Below are positions 37,755 through 49,983 of a DNA stretch of 64,000 nucleotides, one piece after another. This DNA is from Dendrobates tinctorius (lineage: Eukaryota), in assembly GCF_039654945.1 (NCBI RefSeq), contig NW_027361868.1, positions 6,696,001-6,760,000 of the forward strand. The letters are read 5' to 3'. Within the stretch, counting starts at the first letter, position 1. Each line of letters starts with the position of its first letter. Under the pieces are notes generated by a model. The model ran no database searches. It was not told the origin of the DNA and saw nothing but the letters and a program-made list of their open reading frames with translations. The position numbers were made by a program, and so were the translations under genes.

Positions 37755-37898
37755 ATTTATCTAACATCTACATATTCTGCAGCACTATTCTCTCTCTGAG
37801 GCTCATAATCTAAATTTAACCAATCAGTCCTCCATGTAGAGGTTAGATTCGAACACAGGACCCCATCAGTGCAAGGCAACAGTTCTAACTGCTGAGCT
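37755..37898 (-). mobile_element. Internally deleted tRNA-derived SINE
   Basis: Minus strand GCTCAGCAGTTAG (A box) ... GTTCGAATC (B box); tail similar to 60213-60330. Confidence 0.5.
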
Positions 37899-38566
37899 GG
37901 ACCTGTACTCTCACTTTAAGAGAGTTCTGACTACCTTGGAATGGTGTTGCCACCATAACTTTGGCCAATGTCTCCAGTTTTTCCACTTGAACCATCATTG
38001 AGGAGTGACACAAGGTCTACTGCCATATTTGAATATAGAAAATATAAAATATTCCGAGAACTGTAAGAACTGAACCCAGGGCTTTAAAGCCGGGAAATGA
38101 TCAGGATGTCGCTTTAATCAGATGTAATGGCTCTGTGACTTGTAGTTTTGTAGAAGGAAGATGGAAATCCGTGTTAACGCTTCTTTTCACACCTGCTGTG
38201 CTGCTCGAAATTTCTGCCAAATTTGTGTCAAAGCGCAAAATAGTTCTGATATCATGTTTTTTTTCCCTCAAGAGTCAGGGGAATATTTTCATCTGTAAAG
38301 AGATGCATTATAACCACACGGCTTGTTTTTCAACTCTGGGAAGATACCTGTGTGATGAGAGAATGCTTCATAAAGAGGAAGTGAAGGTGAGAAGTCAAGA
38401 CTCCCTCATTGTCTTTTACACGGTAAATAAGTGACTAATAAGTTACCACGTACCACAATATTCAGGCTTGCTTTAGCAGAAGTCTTTAAGTTATTCCTTA
38501 TAGATTTCAGAGAAATTTTTAAAAGACAAATCATGTTCTATTTGGAAAGAACAGAAAAAAGTTTAA

Positions 38567-39356
38567 AGGGAATATCCCACAAGCTAAGTACAGTAACTAA
38601 GTAGGCTACGTTTTAGTTAATAGATCTTGGAATAATAATAAGTTCTACAACTGGATTTTAAAAAAAATATTACTGTGCTGAGATAATTACTTGCTATGTA
38701 CTGTCTTATTTGCTGTGTCCCAGCATGAAGAGCTGCTCCAGTTCATGGTCGAAGCATCCAGTTCATGGTCGAAGCATACCACAACTCCAGGACAGGGGAG
38801 GACGCACAACTCACTTGTGATAACTGTATATTCAGAAAACAGGAACTCTCATTTGCTTAATTCTGTAAGGTAACACATTTTCATTCCTGTTTTATCACAG
38901 GAGTGGGTGTTACTACTATGTTTACCGCCCTCTGAGCTCATCATAAATCAAGTTAGTGATGTAGGAGCTCAGCGGTTGCTGGAACTCCTATGCCACTGAC
39001 TTGTTTTATGATTAGCTCAGCGGAATAGAGACATAGCAGAAACACTTCCAGAGGTAACATTTTCTTGTTTTATCACCGGGGCAGCAGCTGTGAGCCCCTA
39101 CTGTGTGTCTGTGTACTCACTTATCATAAGTGATTTATGCTTCCTCCCCAGGCCAGGAGCTACGGTATATGTCGATCATGAGCTGCAGTAGTTCTGCATG
39201 GTTAACCACAGAAAATAAGACATTGTACATAATAGGGGCATATTTATAATTATATTTCAGCATAGGAACATTTTTTTAATACATCGAATTGTGGAACTTG
39301 TTATTATTCCAAGATCTTTTGATTGAAATGGACTTTGTTCATGGGACAATCACTTT
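38567..39356. mobile_element. Kolobok/T2-type MITE with long inverted arms
   Basis: TTAA-AGGGAA start; AGATCTTGGAATAATAATAAGTTC / GAACTTGTTATTATTCCAAGATCT. Confidence 0.6.
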
Positions 39357-41373
39357 ATAGGGAAGTTCGGTAGAGATAAGCAAATCTGCTGAGATTCAGA
39401 TTCGGCAGATCACTCGAATTTGGCAGGGAAATTTGATTTGCGTTGAAGTTTCTCAATGCTAATTAAATGCTCCTTATTATGCTCTGGGGCTGAAAAAACA
39501 AAGAATAAACAAATATTCACCTTGCCTCTTACCTGCTCTACTGCTGTAGCTCGCCACATGGTGTCCCGCACCTCTTCTTCTTCTTCTACCTCTCTGGTGT
39601 TCAGCACCTCCACTTCTTCCTTTCTGGTGCTCAGCACCTCCTCTTCTTTCTTTCTAGAGATCTGCACCTCCTTTTCTTCTTCTGTACGCTGCTCTTGACA
39701 ACTGGATAGGCTGATTGCAGGTATCCTGCTTCTGTGACCTTCAGAAATCAACTGCAAACTGTGGGGGAGTCCAGGCCTACAGCATTCTCGCAGGTGAAAT
39801 GAGGTATTACACAGTTGGGAGGTTCATGTAATTCATAGACATGATCGGTCATCTAGAGTATGAGACATTATGCATATGCGTAAATACAATATGATGTGCG
39901 TTATCAGTTGCACATGGACCATAAAAAAATAGTTAGTTTATGGCTGGTGACTAACTTTACAAAACAATTTGGAAATGTTCTTTATGCAATGGAATATTAC
40001 AGGCAAAGTTGACACTTTGGATTATGGCTAGTAGAAATTATGAGAGATAATGCATGACACATGCAATGCTACATTGGACCCTGTGCTAGATATAGGATAT
40101 AGGACCTTGTATAAAAAAAACTGACTATGAGAAAATGTCTAGTATGAAATAATCTAATACTACCAGAAGATGGGTCCACATGGATGTGTCTTCCAACTTT
40201 TCTTATAGATTCTCTCACCAGCTCTGCTCAGTCTTTAATAAGATCCTTCAACCTTCATAGTTGTTGTTTTTCAGTGAGTGCAGAGATTCTGTGAAGTTTC
40301 AAAAAAAATATGATATCCAAGTATAGGGTGAAATAAGCGGGGCAGATATACCATTGGTGCAACCTATAAGGTGGGTAAGGGGCCACATCCATCCATTTTG
40401 CATTCTGATCAGTTAAAGTGCCCTTTAAAAACATAAATTACAAAGTTTATTATCTATGCACAAAATATAGATTTATAGAAAAAAATTATTACAAAATCAA
40501 TCTGTATCCAGGCAAATGCAGATGTGCATGTATATATAATGTCGTATTTGCATGGAATTTTTTTCCCCTGAGTCTTATATATACAACCGAAGATGTTGCT
40601 GATTATAGTAAAATCCTTATGTTCTGATTATCTTTTTTTGGATAAATTCCAACTGTGATTTTTTTTTTCATGTAAAAAGTGACTTTTTTTAAAATGTAAA
40701 TTTAACTAGCCAGAAGTTGAAATGAGGGCTAACACTTGGTTGGCATGATGGGTAAGCAGTGGGTGTGATGTTACGGTGTGATAAGGCTGCTTCTATGTTT
40801 ATAGTAATATACTGTACAATAAAGGTAACACTTGCTGAATAGAACAAGTTATTATTGTGATGTTGTGAAGGACTTTGTAACAACGTCATGATTACTCCAG
40901 TCATAGAGTACATACTGCCAAGAATGGCTCAGGTTTTCTACTGATGGTACCTGCCAATCAGCCATGGGCAGACTCGGACTGGCCCACCGGGGAACAGGAG
41001 AATCCTCCGGTAGGCCGCCCCGTGAAGAAGTTCTTGTGAGTAGTGCTATTACACTTGAGTCACAATTTGCAGAAAAAGGTATCATCTAATCATTCAATAA
41101 ACAAGCTGATAGGAGTCAGATTTCTGCCCTGTCTATGCAGAGATCTAGACCCTTACATCCTGCAGTCTCCTGCTCTCCGTACACTGCAGGAGAGATTGCA
41201 GAGGAGATTGCTTTTCAGCAACTCTCTCCGGAGGCTAAGTCCTTCATCCCATCCTCTGAGCATGCTCGTGGGACAATCTCTCATTGGAGCTCAGGAGTCA
41301 GGTGCTCAGGTCCTGCTCCTAATTCTATTGGTCCAGCTCAGGGTTATGGAGACTTCCGGAAGGTCCCGTCCAC

Positions 41374-41414
41374 TATAAAAAGTGCGCATGGCCGTTCCGC
41401 CATGCGCTAGTATT
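41374..41414 (+). promoter_or_regulatory. LTR TATA box and predicted transcription start (G41404)
   Basis: TATAAAA at 41374-41380; GCGCTAGTATT begins 30 nt downstream and is complementary to the PBS. Confidence 0.7.
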
Positions 41415-41995
41415 TTCATACTTGCTGCTGTGTGTATTGTGATGGATGCTTGGACTGGTGACAGACTTATTAAGAAACCCCTTCCCTCTGATAATACGTC
41501 TGTGTGAGTGTTTGGGTATCAGCCACTAGCAGCGCTAGCGCCAGCGCGCTTAAGCACCATCTACTTCAGCAGCTAGCGCCCTGCATCACGCTTGCGACAT
41601 AGCGGTGCTTTCTCTGCGGCTCAGTTCACGCCGCGCTGCGGTAGCAGTCCTGTCGGGCGTTCGCAGTTGCGACGCCACGCACCTTATTTCACGGTAGGTC
41701 TAGATGGAGTAGTCCTGTTGTTTAAGGCTACTTCTGTGACCCGGAATACCGTGTCTGTATCGCTGGCTGTCTGTGACCTTGAACAGACTCTGCGTTTTGT
41801 ATGCTTTATGCCCGCAGGTCTGTGAAATATAACAGCTTGCTACAGTGCACTAGGTGCAGTTAACCCTGTGCACACTACCGCCATAGTGCTCTGCCTCTTC
41901 TAGAAGCGGTTTTTCCATCCACCGCACGGTGGACCCCCAGTGGCGAAGGCACTTTATTTATATTTTTATTTGGTGCCTTCCGCCACTCCTAAAAT

Positions 41996-42006
41996 AATAC
42001 TAGCGC
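41996..42006 (+). promoter_or_regulatory. Self-priming primer-binding site (11 nt)
   Basis: AATACTAGCGC, 1 nt after the 5' LTR, is the exact reverse complement of 41404-41414; no TGG tRNA-type start. Confidence 0.8.
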
Positions 42007-42022
42007 CAGGGTCTGGCTGGAG

Positions 42023-43339
42023 ATGGCAGAACAGCAGCAAATTTTGCAGTGTGTGCGACAGCTCGAGGCTCGCTTGACTACCCTTGAGAGGGCTCTCGCA
42101 GCTGCGCAGGCCACGGATGCTGCTGTTCAGGCACTCACAGATGCGGTCGGGCATATGTCCATGTCCACCCTTGCGCCGACAGTTACCCGCCTCCCGTTGC
42201 CCGATAAATACTCTGGGGATGGCGCCTCCTGCAGGGGTTTCATCAGCCAGTGCTCAATACACCTGGAGCTGCTGCCTGCGCAATTCCCTACAGAGCGGGC
42301 CAAGGTAGCCTTTATTATTTCTTTACTGTCGGGCAAGGCGTTGGAGTGGGCTACGCCCCTGTGGGAGCATGGTGACCCCGAGATTCGGACCGCTGCTCAC
42401 TTGCTAGCAGCCATCAAGCAAGTTTTTCTCGGTCCCCGGGTCACCCATGACACCTCTCTACAGTTGCTGGCCTTGTCTCAGGGATCCCTCCCGGTTAGCC
42501 AGTACGCTCTCCGTTTTCGGACACTGGTGTCCGAGTTGGAGTGGTCCGACAAGGCGTTGATCCCTGTTTTCTGGAGAGGTTTAGTGGAGCACGTTAAGGA
42601 TGCTCTCTCCACTAGAGAGATTCCTACCTCTCTGGAGGAGCTAATTTCCATCTCCTCCCGTATCGACCTCCGTTTTTCGGAGCGCGGTATGGAGCGTGCT
42701 CACTCCAAACGGAGAGGTACTCCGGCTCCCAACTTCTTTGAGCCTCTGGAGCTGCCCGAGCCAGAGGTTCTACCTCCCGAGCCCATGGAAGTGTCTCGCG
42801 TCATTTCTGAGACACGTCCGGCTCAAGAGTCGATATGCGGTTGTCACCATCTACACGCTGCTTCCCAGGAACACAGCGCCCCGCAATGCTCTGACTGTGA
42901 GTCGGTAGGCGAGACTTTTGTCCCTCCTCGCCAGCGGCCAAAAATTCTCGCGTGGACACACGCGTCCAATGCGGACGGCCACCGTGGCTATATGCAGACC
43001 ACGAAGTCTCTGGCCGGATCGTATTGGTGGCCGCACAGGGCTCGGGACGTGAAAAAATTAATTCGGGCATGCACCTTATGTGCTCGGGACAGTCTTCCCG
43101 AACGGAGTGTGGCGACGGCCGTCGACACACGGCGGCATTCTCCTAAAACTCCTGCTCCCATTATCTCCCGGGTATCCCTCCTGACACCTGGCGACCTGAC
43201 CTCCGCTGATACTGTCCGTATGTCCCGGTTTTCGGTTTCATCTACCAGGACATCAGGCTCACCTTTTAACGAGTCTGAGGCCTGTGCCACTGTCGGGCAT
43301 AGGCTGGTGGATCGGAGGGTTCAGCGAGGGGGGCCCTAG
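42023..43339 (+). CDS. 438-aa Gag (PEG10/RTL/sushi-like capsid) fused in frame to the integrase HHCC zinc finger and pol C-terminal remnants
   Basis: N-terminal coiled coil; LPLPDKYSGD...CRGFISQC...FPTERAKVAFIISLLSGKALEWA; LSQG...V.QYA.RFR; EPMEV; then ILAWTH......GH.G...T......YWWP....DV......CTLCA; ORF spans PBS to PPT. Confidence 0.9.
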   Translation: MAEQQQILQCVRQLEARLTTLERALAAAQATDAAVQALTDAVGHMSMSTLAPTVTRLPLPDKYSGDGASCRGFISQCSIHLELLPAQFPTERAKVAFIISLLSGKALEWATPLWEHGDPEIRTAAHLLAAIKQVFLGPRVTHDTSLQLLALSQGSLPVSQYALRFRTLVSELEWSDKALIPVFWRGLVEHVKDALSTREIPTSLEELISISSRIDLRFSERGMERAHSKRRGTPAPNFFEPLELPEPEVLPPEPMEVSRVISETRPAQESICGCHHLHAASQEHSAPQCSDCESVGETFVPPRQRPKILAWTHASNADGHRGYMQTTKSLAGSYWWPHRARDVKKLIRACTLCARDSLPERSVATAVDTRRHSPKTPAPIISRVSLLTPGDLTSADTVRMSRFSVSSTRTSGSPFNESEACATVGHRLVDRRVQRGGP

Positions 43340-45903
43340 GAGGGGGGGTAATGTTAGGAGTCAGATTTCTGCCCTGTCTACGCAGAGATTTAGACCCTTA
43401 CATCCTGCAGTCTCCTGCTCTCCGTACACTGCAGGAGAGATTGCAGAGGAGATTGCTTTTCAGCAACTCTCTCCGGAGGCTAAGTCCTTCATCCCATCCT
43501 CTGAGCATGCTTGTGGGACAATCTCTCATTGGAGCTCAGGAGTCAGGTGCTCAGGTCCTGCTCCTGATTCCATTGGTCCAGCTCAGGGTTATGGAGACTT
43601 CCGGAAGGTCCCGTCCACTATAAAAAGTGCGCATGGCTGTTCTGCCATGCGCTAGTATTTTCATACTTGCTGCTGTGTGTATTGTGATGGATGCTTGGAC
43701 TGGTGACAGACTTATTAAGAAACCCCTTCCCTCTGATAATACGTCTGTGTGAGTGTTTGGGTATCAGCCACTAGCAGCGCTAGCGCCAGCGCGCTTAAGC
43801 ACCATCTACTTCAGCAGCTAGCGTCCTGCATCGCACTTGCGACATAGCGGTGCTTTCTCTGCGGCTCAGTTCACGCCGCGCTGTGGTAGCAGTCCTGTCG
43901 GGCGTTCGCAGTTGCGACGCCACGCACCTTATTTCACGGTAGGTCTAGATGGAGTAGTCCTGTTATTTAAGGCTAGTCCTGTGACCCGGAATACCGTGTC
44001 TGTATCGCTGGCTGTCTGTGACCTTGAACAGACTCAGCGTTTTGTATGCTTTATGCCCGCAGCTCCGTGAATTATAACAGAGCTTGCTACAGTGCACTAG
44101 GTGCAGTTAACCCTGTGCACGCTACCGCCATAGTGCTCTGCCTCTTCTAGCAGCGGTTTTTCCATCCACCGCACGGTGGACCCCGAGTGGCGAAGGCACT
44201 TTATTTATATTTTTATTTGGTGCTTTCCACCACTCCTAACACAAGCTAGCCAAGTAAATATTACATAGAAGCAAAAGTAAATTTGTGTACTAGGGACAGG
44301 TTATTTTTACATGTAGCTGAACAGTGGGCCCCAACACTCAATGTTACTGATGAACCTTTGCCAACCCAGTCTGACACTGGCCGTGGAGGTATTTGGAATC
44401 ACTGCGTAATGGGTTATGATTGGAATCTCTTACAGTTGTAACAATTGCAGAGGTAACATTATATTCTAGAGGTGGATAATAATACAAAAGTGGAGTTATA
44501 ATGAACAGTTCGCTGGTAAATAGCTAAGCCATCTTACAATTGCCTTATTTTTAAAGTGGACTCTCCTACTGGATATCCTATCAGGGCATGGGACCATTAT
44601 AAATAAGAGTATACCGCTTAAGGTGTCACTCGATGAGCTGGAGAAAATATCTACTGTGTTGGCGGTTGCAGTGCAACCATATTGTAATGGTCATCACTCA
44701 TTCATTTGAGTGGTTAATATGTCGGGAGTGTAGATCCGTCTGGTTAGGGAAGTTGAAGTCGTTGCGATCAGTCTAACATCAGGTTGACTTCACTGTAAGA
44801 AGGGTTTGTCCAGATGGTACTTTCAGATAGTCTATAAACAAATGCACCATGATGTTGAGTAGCCAAAGAGTTGTGGCTGCAAGATTTCTGACAAATGAGT
44901 ATATACTGAATGAAAATGAATTAAGTCCAATAGGCAGGGGTCTTTCAGATGTCAAGTCACTGAGTAACGAAGAGACTGGCATTAGACTCTATCCACTGTG
45001 AGGCTCAACTCTCAAATCACAGTCTCTACGCAAAGATATTAGTTACTCAGCTGGATTGTACCAGTGGCGTGAGCAACTTTTAGTAACAATGTGCAGTAAA
45101 GTATTGGAACAATCTTTAAGTCTTGCTGTTACTCATAATGTCAGTACACCAGGTGCCCTCTCAAGACAAAGAAGCTGTTGACCAGTAACTGGTTCTCTTG
45201 GTGGAAAAACACCAAAGTCCAGGTGTCTTCCTCTACAGTCGTGTCCTCACTCCTCTTTTGGCTGTCCTTTCTTTCCTGAGCGGTCACAACTTCCTCTCTG
45301 TCACCAAAATAATTTCCTCTCTTTTTTCAAATCCTGAATATTGCACTGACAATACACAGGAGAAGCCCATCAGCCACAATGGCCTTGACTATTCCGAGTC
45401 TCCCAAACTCTCTTTACCTGAAAAACAGCTCTCTAGTTATAGTGCCCTCTTCTGCATAACACTGCATCATTAGTGTAGCCCTGGGCTGCCTAATAGATCA
45501 CTTGCAGTGGTCATTGCACTGACAAGTGGCTATTTAGTATAGTCTGATGGAAGCACATTTGGAAAACTAGGGCATGAACCCTTCAGTATATAACCCTTAA
45601 CTCCCTCTGATAAATATGGACTTTCTGCATGAGATCCACAGGTCATACACCTCGAAGTAACCAATATATGCTAATACCGATGTTGGGAAGGGATGTAGCA
45701 TTGACTACAGAGGCTAACATCAAACGATAGACAAGCATTAATACCACAAATACTGTCAGAGTCATGGGGAAGTAGCAAGGATTATTCAAAGCGAAGCCAG
45801 AAACCAAAACCAAGGTTGATATCTGGAGTATGATATCAAATAGTCAATTAAAGTGAGGAAACAGGAATTCAAAGCAAGAAATTGGCAAAACATGCCAGCC
45901 CCA

Positions 45904-46200
45904 ATGTTAGGCTCACCAGGCGATGTGGATCCTCCAAGTCCAAGGTCTTGGTGGATACATTGGCCTCAGACATCGGTACAGCAAACACGTGAGGCATGAA
46001 GGACACGGATAGCTGGGATACTGGAAACTACAGGCAGGCGGGAGACATCCAGGAGACTGCAGACAGGCAGCTGTGAAACTGGAAACTGCAGGCAGGCAGA
46101 AGACGTCCAGGAGACTGTATGTAAACAGGCAGCAGAGCAGGTCAAGGTGCTTAGAGCAATGGTAGAGTCTGATATAAGGCCGGAAGGGTGCTCACATGTT
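45904..46200 (-). mobile_element. Partial LTR related to 49043-49799
   Basis: Starts TGTTAGGCTCA; the reverse complement resembles 49480-49799, including short CCTGCCTGCAGTTTCC repeats. Confidence 0.45.
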
Positions 46201-47619
46201 GTCACAATGGGCCATCTGCAAAGCCCAACGTGGAGAACAACAGAGTCTAGCGCATTAGTAGGAGGAGTAGGTTGGCTTAGCTATTGAAATGACCCAGTCA
46301 GATAAATGTTCTACAGTGTTAACCACAGCTGGAAGGAAAGCTTTTGGGAATTGGGTTTGCTGCTGGTATCGGGAAATGAAGGCACCTTTGCTAATTGAAA
46401 TATATGAGTAAGTTGTATATAATGCTATTTTACACGCATTTCAAGATAAATTTCTCAAACTTGAGAACCCCTTTATGAATGTCCAAAAACTTCCCACGGA
46501 TAAGCTTCATTAGTATGTTTTGTCACACAATGCAATTAATATAAACACATACATTTGTGAGCGCTGCCGTTACGTGCTCCAGGAGCGTTCACGTAGGGTT
46601 TTTTTTTATTAGATCAGATGGAAAAATTGCATAAGTAGCATATAAAGCCTCGTGCATACAAAGCTACCTTCAGGCTTCTAACAAATTCATAAAACTTTTT
46701 TTTTTTTTTGCAAAAAAAAGAAGTATCATTTCCTAGCAGGCAATCACTTTAATTAATGGGATCACCTACAGCAACACATGTCCTTCAAAAACTTACATTA
46801 TTTTTTTCTTTCTGAATTTCAAAGTTCTTGTGGTAAGAGTTGAATAGCTGAGCAGCTAAACCTCAAAAGAATCTGTAAGCTTTTATGGCGGTTACAAACC
46901 ACTGTGCTGCCATCTTCATAAGAAAAGACTCTTAACACGGCAGAGAAAGAAGGTGTTTTATACACATAGCTAGAAGCTAGAATTTCCTCCAAAGGTCAGA
47001 AAACTTTATTTAGCAAAAAAAAAAAAAAGTAAAAAAAAAAATCAAGAATTAAACAGCTATTAAATAAGTCAAAACTAGTCATTATCTCCGCTGGATGAAT
47101 TGCAGATGTGATTTTCTTTGCTTTAATAATAGATGTTATTCAGATGTGAGGGATGTGTTGTAGCCACGGTAAAAATACTTAGAAACATGAAATATTTCTG
47201 ATATTAGGGGACAATTATTTTTGATTGGGTAACAGAATAAGAAATATTAAATTTTTATATTAACTAAATCCAGAAAAAAGATGATCTAAAAGCTAAAAAT
47301 TGATTTAAAAAGGAAAAAAAATATGGACATGGCGAGCTTCACCCATCTGAATTTCCCATTCCATGTACGGACGATGATTTTGCGACTGGCCATGGCTCTA
47401 CTGACCCAAACTCAACAGCTCCATCGGCATTTGTAAGCAGCGTCAGACTGGAGCACCTTGGGCCCATCAGAGAAAATCATTCTTGGGGCCCACTATGTAG
47501 CTACATAGAAATAAATACAAGACCACCAACTGTGCGGTAAAATGCACTAATATCAGGGTATAATATAAGGTAGTACACGTCTTAGTTATGTAGCAGGGGT
47601 TGGGGTAGAATCATAGAGG

Positions 47620-48450
47620 GGTAGCCCCCTCATAACTATAATGTAGCCTCTCTCATAGACTATAATGTAGTCTCCCTCATAGAATATAATGTAGCCCTCC
47701 TCATAAAATAATTTAGCCCCCCTCATAAAATATAATGCAGCTCCCTCTCATAGGGTATAATGCAGCACCCCACAAAATATAATGCAACCCCCTCATAAGG
47801 TATAATACAGTTCCCACCATAGAATATAATGTAGCACCCTCATAGGGTATGATGCAGCCCCTCTCATATAGTATAATGCAGCCCCACCACAGAATATAAT
47901 CCACCCCCCATAGAGTATACTGTAGCCCCCTCATATAGTAATATGTAGCCCCCCAGATTATAATGTAGTCCCCTGAGAGATTAATGCAGCCCCACCACAG
48001 AATATAATGCTGCCTCCATATATATTATAGCCCCATTATATAGTAATATGTAGCCCCTAAGAATATAATGTAGTCCCCTGAGAATAATGCAGTCCCCCCA
48101 CAGAATATAATGTAGCCCCCTCATAAAGTATAATGCAGCCCCTCTCCACCCCCATCATTGTCCTCATCACCACCTCCATCATTGCCTTCTCCCCCACCAC
48201 CCCTATCATTCTCCCCACCACCCCATCATTGCCCATTCCACCACCTCAATCATTGCCTCCTTCCCCACCATCATTATCCATTTCATCAACTCCATCATCA
48301 CCTCGATCATTGCCTCCCCCCACCATCATCATTGCACATTTCATCACCTCCATCATTGCCTCCCCCACCACCATCATTGCCCATCACCTCCATCATTGCC
48401 TCCCCCACCGCCATCATTGCCCATCACCTCCATTTTTGCCTCCCCCCCAC
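47620..48450. repeat. Two adjacent minisatellites, (TAGAATATAATGTAGCCCCCTCA)n and (CATCATTGCCTCCCCCACCAC)n, inside a hAT-like carrier starting at ~47438
   Basis: Visible tandem units at 47620-48145 and 48150-48450. Confidence 0.75.
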
Positions 48451-48892
48451 CACTCTACAGCAAAATGGTAGTATATTTTTTGAAAGAAAAGTATTTGAAA
48501 ATTTGTCTCCTTTTGCATTTAGCAATCAAATGAATAATTAAAAAAACCCCAGTGCAGTGGAGTCCAGAGTCTGGTAAAAGGGGTTGAACAGAGTTTAAAA
48601 ATTATAGCTGCTTTCTTCTAGGACTTGTGCCACACCTGTGGATGGGCCATGTCTGGTATTGCAGAATAAGTTTATTGAGAATGCGGTTTACTTCTATACT
48701 GCATACATCTTTTGGTCAAGGGTGGCGTTTTTTTTTTCAAGAAAAGATATATTGTGCTAATTATAAGGAAAGTTAAACTGTATCCAACAGAGTTTGGGTT
48801 GCTTCTTGCAAAGTGATAGCATATCCAAGCAATGCAGCTTCATTCCTTGAGATTGGCATACCCTTTTAATGCTGCAGAAATTCATATGCAAT

Positions 48893-49983
48893 TATCGCCA
48901 CCTTGTGGTGACTGCATACAGTCACAAATATATTGTCGCCACCTAGTGGTGGCTGTATACAGTCACAAATGTATTGTCGCCACCTAGTGGTGGCTGCATA
49001 TAGTCAGAATTTTATTTTTGCCACCTAGTGGTGGCTGTATACTGTTACACACCTGTCTATTTCATCTGCCTCAATCCAATGAACTTTTTGGTGCACCATG
49101 TTGGACTTTGCAAGTGGTCTGGTGTGCTTCTACTGTATGTGATGAACTGCCTGGGCCTATTTAAGTCTTCTAATCCCCCCTTATGCCTTGGTATTGAATC
49201 TGAGACTAAAGTTGCAGTTTGTGATTCCACAGTCATCTGGCTGCAGGTCGTCTCCTGTAGACCAGCGGCTTCTAGTACTTTTTCCAACTTGTCTACAGCT
49301 TCTTGTGACTCCAGAGTTCTGTTGGCTACCTGTCCCCAGGTCTGCTAGACCTCTTCTCTTTGTCCACCTGTGGTTTTCAGGTCATCTTCCTGGCTGTGTG
49401 CTGCTTCCTTGGTTGCTGCCATTCGCTTTACTCCAGAGTGTCATCTGCTAAACTGCCTGTGTTTTCCAGCGTTGCACTACTTGTCTGCAGTCTTTTGACG
49501 TCCTCCACCTGACTGTAGTTTCCTGCACTCCACCTGCTTGCCTGCGGCTTCCTAATATCCTCCCTCTGCCTGCGGTGTCCTTCACCTGCCTGCAGTTTCC
49601 TGACATCCTCTACCCACTTGTGCTTTCCTGCATTCTGCCTGCCTGCAGTTTAGTAACGTCCTCCACTTTCCTGAAGTTGCCTGTTCCTCGGTTATTCGCA
49701 TCCTGCGTGCCCCATCTACATACTGCACTGATGCCCATGGCCCGTGTGCCCACCCGAACATTGGGCTTAGTAGATCAACCTCACCTCATGAGTCTAACAT
49801 ATACAGTCAGAATTATATCATGACCACCTAGTGGTGGCTGCATACAGTCACAATTATATCATCGCCACCTAGTGGTGGCTGCATACAGTCACAATTATAT
49901 CATCGCAACCTAGTGGTGGCTGCATACAGTCACAATTATATCATCGCCACCTAGTGGTGGCTGCATACAGTCAGAATTATATC
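48893..49983. repeat. 41-bp tandem repeat, 8 copies, each with a CTCF-consensus-like core, split 4+4 by a solo LTR
   Basis: Unit ATCGCCACCTAGTGGTGGCTGCATACAGTCACAATTATATC at 48893-49042 and 49800-49983. Confidence 0.85.
49043..49799 (+). mobile_element. Solo LTR, 757 bp, 5-bp TSD TATAC
   Basis: TGTTACA...CTAACA; TATAC at 49038-49042 and 49800-49804. Confidence 0.85.

Larger units (their letters stand above)
41107..44241 (+). mobile_element. Complete non-autonomous Gypsy/chromovirus LTR retroelement, 3135 bp, TSD CAAGC
   Basis: LTRs 41107-41994 and 43352-44241 (~97% identical; about 25 substitutions plus one 2-bp indel by manual count); CAAGC at 41102-41106 and 44242-44246; PPT at 43341-43351. 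Confidence 0.95.

Noticed and set aside
37845-37898. tRNA gene (A and B boxes on the minus strand)
   Set aside because: No complete cloverleaf; it is joined to a SINE tail, so it is a SINE head.
39410-39757. Glu-rich 115-aa ORF
   Set aside because: Low-complexity CT-rich short repeats inside a probable repeat fragment; no domain evidence.
42023-43339. Domesticated host gene (PEG10/RTL1-like)
   Set aside because: It is still flanked by two ~97% identical LTRs with PBS, PPT and TSD, so it is a retroelement ORF; no gene symbol assigned.
48893-49983. CRISPR-like appearance of regularly spaced conserved cores (also in the 42-bp satellite)
   Set aside because: Spacers are copies of each other rather than unique, the context is eukaryotic, and there are no cas genes.
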